Source of the DNA: Tubulanus polymorphus
Taxonomy: Eukaryota; Animalia; Nemertea
Reading direction: 5' to 3'
Length of the DNA: 64,000 nt
Assembly (NCBI RefSeq): GCF_964204645.1
Contig: NC_134028.1
Coordinates: forward strand, 1,550,001 to 1,614,000
Shown in pieces: positions 28,009 to 38,209 of the stretch. Positions within the stretch are counted from its first letter, which is position 1, and each line of letters opens with the position of its first letter. The notes beneath the pieces were generated by a model. It was not told the origin of the DNA. It saw only the letters and a list, made by a program, of their open reading frames with translations, and did no database searches. A program made the position numbers and the translations under genes.

Positions 28009-28214
28009 TATAAACCTTAAAATCAAAACAACTACAAAACTGGAACAGATCGTGCCGCCATTTACTGAGTGATAGATCATGAATATGGATTTGTATCTGA
28101 ATTTCTAAGGTGATTTATGGAAAGATTTGTCCTACAGTGTGAAGTTTTCGGAGTTTTCAGATCGGTTGAAAAAACTAAAGCTTGAAAAGACTAAGTCTTT
28201 CTCAATGCTACAAC

Positions 28215-28377
28215 GGGTCATTCATTTATTACGTACGCATTAAGGGAGGGGGAGGGGTCAGTGCAATTGTGTACTGTAATGCTTAATGTATATGAAAACA
28301 TGGCCGATTTTGCGTACAGAGGGGGAGGGGGGTTGAAAAATTCAAATTTTATGCATACGTAATAAATGAATGATTCC
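28215..28377. mobile_element. MITE, probably PIF/Harbinger-like, in the fringe 3'UTR region
   Basis: TIR gggtcattcatttattacgta ... tacgtaataaatgaatgattcc, with internal GGGAGGGG blocks. Confidence 0.75.
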
Positions 28378-29708
28378 TAACTGTCTGTTTTGATATTGAA
28401 TTGATAAATTTTGCCGGTATAAATCGATTGCTATTTTGCTCAAAATTCGAAGCTATTTATCAGTTTAAACTGCGGTAAAATTGACATGTGCAATGTACGA
28501 TAAACATGTATGATGAATATTTAGATCATACTCGACAGGTTTGCCTTGAGGGAAATGGATTTGTTTTCTGGGAAGGAAACGTGGAGAATAAAATATTTCA
28601 AATATTTTTGCCCGCTGTGTTCTGTTCAAAAATGAACAATTAAACATGAAGTTTGATAACTGTACTCAGTTTGGTGCATCGGTGGCTGTATAAGATACAT
28701 ATCCACTACAGTAGCCTTTAGAAAATAAAATATAAGAGATACTTAGAATTTGATAATTTAGATAATGACAGAATTGATTTCAGTGCCTTAAAAGGTTGAT
28801 TTTGATATGAGAGCGATTAGTATAATTCTGAAGTTAGTACTCAAGTACTGTTGAGGGATAAATCAGATTTCGAATATAATACTCCCTTTAAACAACTTTA
28901 CAAAGATTTCCTATAGTTAGATAGATATACCAATAAGTAAATGCATTAATGAAATCGGATTTCAGTTCAACTTTGAACAATAATCTTGGACTGTTTATTA
29001 TTTGGGGGGATTATGTATTATAATGTGTACAGACAATTATAAGGCTTTATATAGAGATTTGGTGGTCGTTATTGAACTCATACAAGTCAGCCAGTGAAAA
29101 GCTTTGTGAACAGTCGGCCAAATAAGTCTTCATATTGAAGCACAGTGATATAGAATATGAAAATTTCCAGGGATTTGAAGTGTTCTAATTGAAATTTTCT
29201 GATTATTCTGGAATATTGCTGACTGATTCAGGATACCCTCGTTATATATTCACTGGAATCGTTGTTGCTCAAATTGTAAAATAATGTACTTAAACAACTG
29301 TGATGCTTAGCTTATTGCTAGCTTTTTATGTGCCTTTGTTATTTTATGTAGAGTGTAGCAGGATTTGAGTTCTTTGTATTTTCTTAACGTATATATGAAT
29401 TACCACTTTGCTTTTTACGCTTAAAATCTTTTTTGGGGGATATGCCTCCTGTATATAAGTTCAATATTTCATTTCTTCTGAATTCCCGCTTATTAAGTCA
29501 TAGTTTGATTTTTGCAAGTTATTTTTGGTGAATTTGAGTTCAATTTTTAGTTATCAGTTAGTTGTGTATTGAAGATTTGAAGTTAATGAAACTGTGGTTA
29601 TGCCTGTTCAGGAGGATTCGTTTCAATGTTCGTTTTAGTGTTTGCTGAGTCAATATTGACTCGATGTGCCATTCTTTGAAAGTGTTCTGGAAATGATTTA
29701 TGATTGAA

Positions 29709-29714
29709 AATAAA
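29709..29714 (+). other. Probable fringe polyadenylation signal
   Basis: AATAAA followed by a T/GT-rich tract at the end of a T-rich, 3'UTR-like 1.7 kb stretch. Confidence 0.4.
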
Positions 29715-29946
29715 AAATTTTATTGTTTTACATATATATTGTGAACTTTGTTTGTTATTTGCTGCCCTTTTTGGCTGATACCGTTTTGCTCAACTTGAGT
29801 CATTTTCTGACATGCCGCCGCGAGTCTCCAGTATCGAACCAGTATAACGGCATGACAGAATATGGTGGCACTTGTGGAGCGGCAAGCTGTGGCTCACAAA
29901 TGAGGAATTTGCTAAAATTACTACGATTAGTTAGCAAGACTCCATG

Positions 29947-30112
29947 CATCCTCCCACGGCAGGGATTCGAACATGATTGCATCGCTACACAGCTCGGCAC
30001 AAACCGTACCGTGGCTAGACTGGTTAGCGGTCTCTATCTTCGGGACAGGCAACCAGTCTATACCGTGGCAATCTCGATGCCATCAGGTTCGAATCCCTCC
30101 CTGGGGAGGATG
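29947..30112. mobile_element. MITE, CATC...GATG family with B-box-like TIRs (copy 1)
   Basis: catcctcccacggcagggattcgaacatgattgcatcg pairs with cgatgccatcaggttcgaatccctccctggggaggatg; inner IR tagactggtt/aaccagtcta; TIRs nearly identical to those at 36219-36557; no clear TSD. Confidence 0.75.
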
Positions 30113-30299
30113 GGCAAAAATCCTTTACCTTTCAAATTCAAGTGAAGAGCTCGTGGTGATTTCAGCGTCTAAATCCAACAAACGATACATCAATGAAGCA
30201 CAATATCTTATATTTTGTTCCTAACCAGATTCATCAAAATGAACGTATTCTGAGCTTATGAGAGCAAAATTTGCAGGAAAATGGATGCGTGAATGAATT

Positions 30300-30512
30300 A
30301 TGGGTGAAATTTCCAAATCGTTAGGGTTGGGGTGACTGGCATGGTCGGGCTATGGGTGATTTACTGGTAGGGTCGGGCTATGGGTGAAATTTCCAAATTG
30401 GTAGGGTCGGGATATGGGCGATTTACTGGTAGGATCGGGTTATGGGGTGATTTACTGGTAGGGTCGGGCCATGGTTGATTAACTGGAAGGTCGGGCTCAT
30501 GGGTGATTTACT
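30300..30512 (+). repeat. G-rich minisatellite, ~28-29 bp unit (atgggtgatttactggtagggtcgggct), ~7 degenerate copies
   Basis: Tandem units are directly visible. Confidence 0.85.
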
Positions 30513-30817
30513 GCTGAATAGAGGATGTACCAGGGGTGTATATAGAATATACCGATTGTGTCTCTGACTCTATTGTTGAATGGGTTCACAATCACATTGA
30601 GCGAGAGCTTATAATAGCTAGCCGACGAGTAGAACACGCGCCAGTAGCCAGCTGAACAATATCATAGAACTTTAATAAGGCCACCGGAGATAAATTACTT
30701 GATTCTCCTCAACAACTCCTCTCTGAATTTAGCGCCGCCTGTTCTTAGGCGTTTTTTGTGGCCGATAGATCGAGGGTAGATAAGCAGTGATGATAGGTCA
30801 TCGCGCATAGTGAATTA

Positions 30818-32406
30818 TATGGAAGACCTGGAGGGACATGCCAGTCGCCAGTTGCCAAATACGATAATTGTTCTCCGCCCGCTAGCGCCACCTCGGTATA
30901 TACCTTTTGTTATTCATTGCCGCGAAATTGCATGATCAAAAGTATGGTCATGAACCCTATAAAACCAAAGTTGGCATAATACATCGATAAAATGCAAAAA
31001 TATCTCATTCAATCAGAATCATATTTGTAATGGTTATTTTTTGGATGACACCTGGACGGAGGCCAAGAGCACTGATCGATCAGACTGAGGCGCGTCGTAC
31101 CCATGACGACTCGGAGCTGTCGCCCGCCCAGCGGCAGTGCTCGTTTCAATTTCATTGATTTCTTAAACTGAAGAAAATGTTGAAATTTGGCCGATACGTC
31201 GGTCTCACACGTTCACTGAAGTCAGACTCGAGCTGCAGTTTTCGTATAACTAGTGCGCTTGCCGCGTTTCGGCGACCGCCCGGTATATATTTGACTTAAA
31301 TCATCGTTTCTGTTTTGAAAAAAGGGGTCAGTCACATAATACGTTGAATGACTAAAACATAATTTGCGACTGCGCCCGAGTGACGCGTGTGTGCCCGAGT
31401 AAAATACCATGACTATTTAATCAATGATTATGGGTACTACCGAGTGCAATGGTGTTAGATGTCTAAAATCATAGTCTTAACCATTCCCCACTTTCATCTC
31501 TGAGTCAGGGGTCCGCCTATAAAAAATTTCATGCATTCTCAGTCCGCAGATCGAGACACGACCCGAGAGAGCCGCGCTGCCAGAATCCCACCTTGACCGG
31601 ACCGGGCTAGGTGGGGAGTTTTACAGAACTTAGTGGATGACAGCAATAAAATCACGACCACCGTTGATACAATGCCGGACTGCCACAATTTGTCACAATT
31701 AATTTTGATGGAGGATGGATGATGGGCCAATATCCCTATATAAACATGAATCTTTTTATATAGGGATACTGGTATCATCCACTCCTCCATCAAATTGTCA
31801 CAAGCCCGTCTGAACCCGAGCCCGACCCCGACCCGCATTGATATTATTGGTTGCAAATTTATCTGGTCAAATCAGGTTTGATTTGCCTAATTATAATTTG
31901 CTAGTCACGTGTAATCTAATCAAATAAGATTTGCACAACATGATGAATTTGACGCCTTGTTCCAAACAGCTGACAAGAAAATACTGTCCCACTTTTTTAA
32001 ATATTATTTCCCATGAATGGGTTTCAGGTTTTCTTTCAGTTTTGACATTAATATCAGTTTTTCGACAAAAAATTGTGAGTCCACCATCTTCACATCGTAT
32101 CAAATCACCTCCGGGGGTGATTTGATGATTTGATAAATCGATTTGAATTTGATGCCGTGTTAAATTCAAAAATTAGACCAAATAAAATTTGATTATGACA
32201 AGATAAAAACGATTTTACTTTCAAATTTGATTTGACGTGATAAATTTGCCTTATGGTAAATATCTTTAAGGAAACATATATTGAGGTGGCGCTAGCGCGA
32301 ACGAATCGAAAAGATCTTCAACTAGCAAGTGGCATTTGACAACTAGCAATTGGCAACATGTCCAACTAGCAAATGGCAACTAGCAACTGCACTGCCGTCT
32401 TCCATA
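30818..32406. mobile_element. Putative ~1.6 kb non-autonomous TIR element with nested inverted repeats
   Basis: Outer IR tatggaagac (30818) / gtcttccata (32397); subterminal IR cgctagcgccacctcggtata / tatattgaggtggcgctagcg; further inner IRs at ~31704-31793 and ~31853-32249; no transposase ORF. Confidence 0.5.
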
Positions 32407-32745
32407 GTAGAATTGTCCATTGCACCTACTTGTCAGTCATGCTCCGTGTCACATGGAAGCGAATGCGTTCACGGCTTTAAACTGATTAAAATCTTTATTT
32501 GCCGAAAAAATGTCAAGCGTGTGAGAATTACAAGTGGAAGGAAAATGCACTTCATGTATTTCTAGTCAATGGAGCCAAGCCGGTGAGTATTGACAAGAAG
32601 CTCCAACCCGGAGCGCTTCACTGTTATCGTCCAAACATTATGTATCGCGTTGTGTCTTTCAGCAACATGCTTCTTTTTCCCGAGACGCCATGTTGAGTGA
32701 CGTCATCGCCGTTGGAGTGTATGGTTTAATATCGACCGCTCGAGT

Positions 32746-35700
32746 ATGTATGGCGCCGTGCAACGTGTGCTGTTTGTAGGGGTCGCATGTGGTTTACGTC
32801 GCTCTTCCTACCACCGCTCACTGCGACCGTCGTCCATCCTGAGGAGATTGTCGTCCGATTATTGCACTAAAATGTCAGCTCCATTCTCAATCGTCGAGCG
32901 CGGAACTCCGTACAGTCTAGAATATCGTGTATTTTTTAGTAAGTCATTTAGAAGGTGCGGGTAGATCTAGAGTGCATGGGACGGGTGCAGTAGAAGAGGG
33001 TCACACGAAATAATCTTGTTCGGGCCCGTTCGTTTTATCGCTCTGATGATATGGTGTCTGTCACTCTTCACATTTTAATCTTGTTTCGAATTCTAAATTT
33101 AGTCCTAGGCCTACCTTCCACGACCACACTTTGGTGTTTATGTCATGTTTATTTTAGATTCTAAAGGGTTATGTTGAGGTTTAAGGGACCCTTGACTGCA
33201 GTTGCTGAGGTGGATATTTGTTAAATGGAATTATTCTTGTAATTGCTTTTTTGTCTTTTTGATCAGCTACGTGAATGCCTTCATCTGACTTACAAAAACT
33301 GTTAGAAATACAACAATTAGGCCTAACAATCACTAGTAAACAGCTAGATACTAGAGGGAATTCAGAAGCTTCTCACTTGCTCGGTAGAACGAACTATACC
33401 TTTTCCCCAGTTCAACCAGTTAAGATTGGACTTGGTGTTAAATATTAATCGAAAATTTTACTCAAAACCGAGAAGTCATAGAGAGAATGACATAAAACAA
33501 GGAATTATGGAACTGGCATGTACTTCCCAATACCCCATTAATTATTACCATAGTGATATCATCACAGAATATAATAGTAATGGTGTATCAGTACTGAAAA
33601 GCTTGATGTATCACAAACGTGGCTTAATGACTTCCAGTAATAGATGTAATAATGAATCAATGTACGGCTATTGATGACTGTAATAACTAGATTTATTCAG
33701 TGAGTGAGAGAGACAGAGATGTAGTATTAATGAGATCTGAGTTGAGGTGATAATTAAAACATACCTTTAATAGGCACTGAATAATTTATACACAGTCAGT
33801 CATCAGTTGATGAAGGAAATCACGTTTTTCGAATATTTGTATCTGTGATGGCTTTTGATTGGCTGCTGACCATTTTGTTGGAAATTTTATATTAGAAATG
33901 AATGAGCTATAAGTTCATGATATTTAAAGAATGTTCATTTTAAGTGCAATATTGTCTGGGGGTAGGTAGGGGCTGTTTTCCTCGATGTGCCAGTTCAGAA
34001 CCAGTTTGAAAAGAAATGAGCACGCCGACATGAAATGAAATGGTCCCAGTTAGACAAGTTTCTTAAAGAATAAATTATTCATAGTCTGTTCGATGATTTT
34101 TCAGAGGATTCTCAAGATCGTATAATTTCTCCGTTCCACGATATTCCGCTATTCGCTGATAAAGAGAACAATGTTTTCAACATGGTCGTCGAAGTGCCGA
34201 GATGGTCGAATGCAAAAATGGAGGTTCGTTATAGTCCTTTCAGAAAATTTGATATCTCTCTCTCTCTCTCTGAGTCAGTAATGATGTTTGTTATAATTCT
34301 GGGGCTGGTTTTATAGATTGGTATTAACTTTAACCCTGGGTTTTCAATAGAGTTAACGCCTGGGTTAAAGTTGATACCAGTCTATAAAACCGACCCCTGG
34401 AATACTCTTCTGCCGGTGTTTTTATTTCGACCAGAATACACAGGCGACTTATCCCGCAATAGATCCATAAATGATCTTGAAATGGTTTAAACCCGTATGT
34501 AAAACTGGTTGGGTATTCTGTGGCACATTCTGTAGTCTTCCAGTGATACAAACTGTCAGCTCCAGTTGTGTTATCCATTTCATATCGCTTGAATGCATAT
34601 TGAAGTTATAGGCTGCGTAGCTTGCTTTGTTTACAATAATGCGTCTGCATTCATCATATTTTTGAACTGTACGCCATTTGTTTAGAAGATTTACTTGATA
34701 TTTTGTAGATCGCTACTAAAGACAAAATGAATCCAATCAAACAGGACGTAAAGAAAGGAAATTTACGCTTCGTGCGAAACTGTTTCCCGCATCACGGCTA
34801 TATATGGAATTACGGAGCTCTTCCGCAGGTATAGAATTTAATATGACTCGTACACCGTTTAAATTCACACGCGTTCAAGTTGCAAATTTACTTCGAATGA
34901 TTTTGATTCGTTTTGATAATCCTTTTCAGACGTGGGAAGATCCGGAAAGGACCGATTCTCATACGCAATGCAAGGGCGACAATGATCCATTAGATGTTTG
35001 CGAAATTGGTCAAAAAGTATGAATATATTATACCTTAGTCTTCTCGTGCAATTTGCTTATTGTGAATGAGATAGTGCAGATTATTTATTTAGAAATAATG
35101 GTTTAATTTTTGTGCTTCAGGTACACCCACGAGGAGCTGTTATTAAAGTAAAATTATTAGGCGCGATGGCTCTTATAGATGAAGGTAATTACTGAGAAAA
35201 ACAAAAAAACTTCATTGTATATGATATGCTGATTTCCTTCAATTTTGAGAAGGCATACAACAATGTATTTAACCCGGGAATCCCAATCACAAAAATCGCT
35301 TTAAGTGTACATTTATTTTCAGGTGAAACTGATTGGAAAATTATCGCGATAGATATAAACGATCCTTTAGCCAAGGATTTAAATGGTAAGAAAATCTTGT
35401 CCTCTTCGCTGCAACTTGGGTTTAAACACTATAAAATCCTTAATATTTATTCTATTCATTTTCGACGATATTAAGCAATTTATGCGTTATTTTTTCAAGG
35501 CGTCAATATACTTTCAAGTTAGCTTCTTGTTGAATAAAGTAGACTGTAAGACAAATCCCATCAAAATGATGCTGTCCACTTGGATATTGTTTCGTATCAT
35601 TTCAGATATCGAAGATGTAAAAAAAAATATGCCAGGATTTTTAAAAGTAAGTACAAGTTGAGTTTTAGTATGAGAATCGGTATGAAGTAATGTCCAGTTA

Positions 35701-37576
35701 AGGACAATATTAGAATTGTTGTCTTGAATTGCAGGCTACTAATGAATGGTTCCGAATATACAAAATGCCCGATGGTAAAAAAGAGAACCAATTCGCCTTT
35801 AATGGTGATTGTAAAAATAGGGTAAGTTTTCTCAATTCGAATCATCTAGATTATAAAACCACGATACTGATTATGGATTCATCTATAGTGAATTTGTTTC
35901 TCTTTCAGGAGTTTGCTCTGAACATAGTGGATGAAACTCACAAGTACTGGCAAGCGCTTATAGGTGGTTCAGTGGAAAGTACAGATCTTTCTACGTGAGT
36001 AGTCCATTCAATAAATCCCTGAGCAATTTAACAATTATGATAGATAGATTCGGTCAGAGCCGGATTTATTGCACACGTTTACAAAATGATAACAATTCAA
36101 AGGTCCGCTTATATCTGAAGAATTCGTGATAATAACCTTTTGGTCAAATCATGTAGACATACAGTGTATGTGTATAGATCTTAAAGGGTTTAATGGCAGT
36201 CAGATGCAGTGGGTCTGCCATCCTCCCTCTGCAGGGACTCGAACCTGATGGCATCGCTACACTCAGCCACGGCACAAACCCCTGCATCAGTAGACCGGGT
36301 GCGTAGCTACATGCACAGCTTTCCGAACGAAAACTGGCGGCACCAATCAGATTGCTCGTTGTATAATCGTTGAGGCAAATTTCAAGGAAGAACTATAAAT
36401 AGGAAAACCCGGGCTAAAATAAAACAGGATTTCTGATTGGCTAAAAATCACATCATCTGAACTGCGCATGTATCTGCGCACACGGTCGATTATGGCAGGG
36501 TTTCGTGCCGTGGCAATCTCGATGCCATCAGGTTCGAATCCCTGCCGGGGGAGGATGTGGGTCTGCGTGTAAAAAGTGCCCTAAATCTGTCGTGGGTATT
36601 TAAATTAAGATGTATTTTTGTTATGCGTATTTCAGAATGAATGTATGTGTACCGACAACACCTAACAATATACCAGTAGAAGAAGCGAGAGAGCTGGTTA
36701 ATGAGGTATTAAACACTACAGCAAATAACTGCAACAATGTAAGAGATGCAAAGTGATTCATTTCAATCAAATATCTTTGAAAATTGCATCTTTTCTGTCC
36801 TGTGTGGATGGTTTTTCTCAAGTCATCAGACATATTTCTTCTACAGCTGCGTCTATGCTAGTAATTTCAACCCGAAACGACTGTTTTGGGTTAAAATTGA
36901 GCTCGTATCTTTTTATTTAACCATGAAAGGTTTAAACCTTTCAGTGCGGTGTATAAATCAGTGATAGATTTTGCTAGTACACCACACTGCGGTGTATTGA
37001 TGTAATTAGTAATTTGTAATTATCTCTTGAAAAATGGCAGCACCTGTCAAACATAGTGAAATATTAGTAACTAACGATATACCGCGCCAGGGTGTAGAAG
37101 CACTATAGTGGTATTCCCGTTATTCAACACACTAGGGTGGAATTTTTAAAAATTTTCAAATTATCTTCAGCACTATAGGGTATTAATTAGTCAGCGCTGA
37201 AAGGGTTAATAGACTTTAAAAGCTTCACTCTCTGGTTAAAGTGATCTTAATTCTATGATGAGACATCCATGCTATTTTCATCTCAGATAATGTTGCGTCT
37301 ATTGCCTTATATACTTGCCTTACGTACTTACAATTCTGCTTGTTGCGTTTTGTGTATGAAATATTCAAATTAAAAAACATTGTGCCCATTAATCTAGAAA
37401 ATGCTGTTGTATTTTCTTTTCAGCATAGCCCAGCTGCTGATCCCCAACCAATTCCAGATGATGGTAAGCTCTTTTTTACCGAACTCATTTGAGATAGAAT
37501 CGTGATTGAAAGTTGCTAATGAGATGGTCTTTATTTTTCAGTGGATAAGTGGTATTATGTTGATCTGCTGAAGTGA
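32746..37576 (+). CDS. PPA: Soluble inorganic pyrophosphatase (family I, PPA1/PPA2/Nurf-38-like), complete, 12 coding exons
   Basis: Exons 32746-32938, 34105-34223 (ISPFHDIPL...[14 protein letters not shown]), 34709-34828 ([15 protein letters not shown]...[11 protein letters not shown]), 34930-35016 (TWEDP...[12 protein letters not shown], active-site signature), 35121-35184, 35323-35385 (GETDWKII), 35606-35646, 35735-35821 ([12 protein letters not shown]), 35909-35994, 36636-36705, 37424-37463, 37542-37576 ([11 protein letters not shown]). Confidence 0.96.
34301..34397. mobile_element. Short hairpin MITE (GGGGCTGGTT...AACCGACCCC) in PPA intron 2
   Basis: ~36-bp near-perfect inverted arms; CTG at both ends, compatible with a CWG TSD (Harbinger-like). 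Confidence 0.75.
36219..36557. mobile_element. MITE, CATC...GATG family (copy 2), 9-bp TSD, Mutator-like
   Basis: Long imperfect TIRs containing GGTTCGAATCC; TSD tgggtctgc at 36210-36218 and 36558-36566. Confidence 0.85.
36932..37209. mobile_element. TTAA-flanked MITE (piggyBac-like) in PPA intron 10
   Basis: ttaa-acctttcagtgc ... gcgctgaaaggg-ttaa. Confidence 0.65.
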
Positions 37577-37885
37577 GCGCACAAGATTCTCTAAGACTAA
37601 AATCTAAAGATCCAATTCTGTTTATGTATTATGACAACCATGATTGTGTGTTACTGAGTGTACAGTGTATACATGTAAATTGAGTAACTCTGGTCACAAC
37701 TAAGAGTAAATATCAATGTATACTAACTTGAAACCCACTTAAAACCAAAATATTTGAGGAAACCTTAAATGATATAAAACCAACGCTTAACAATATCATG
37801 GATATTTCCGAAACATGATTTTCTTCATTGTTTGATTTCTGGTCATATAGTACTTTATATATTCATTTCAAAGTAAGGTTTACTC

Positions 37886-38209
37886 CATCCTCGCTTGCCA
37901 GGGGTCAGGTATCACTCCCGAACTCGCTTCCACCAGCCCCCTGGCCTCACGAAGCGTAATTTCATTACTGGCGCTGTTGCGCATGACGTCATATCGATTT
38001 GCGAAATACTTCCTTGTTCGGTAAAACTTTCGCTGATTGGTCCATTTAACGGGAAAACCAATAGAAGCCTAAAGTCGTTTGTTACAAGCGCTGTGATTGG
38101 TACGACCGGATTCTGGTCGGCTAGTAACGACTCCAACGACTCGTGAGGTCAAGGGGTTCGGCGAACAGCTTTAGCGTAGTGGGTTCGAATCCCTTGACGG
38201 GTCAAGATG
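37886..38209. mobile_element. MITE, CATC...GATG family (divergent copy 3), 9-bp TSD
   Basis: TSD ggtttactc at 37877-37885 and 38210-38218; IR cccctggcctcacga/tcgtgaggtcaagggg; GGTTCGAATCCC near the right end. Confidence 0.8.

Noticed and set aside
30300-30512. CRISPR-like array interpretation of the ~28-bp repeats
   Set aside because: The units are contiguous without unique spacers, there are no cas genes, and the context is eukaryotic.
38140-38209. Apparent tRNA 3' half (gtgggttcgaatccc)
   Set aside because: It lies within the TIR of a TSD-flanked MITE, with no complete tRNA structure.
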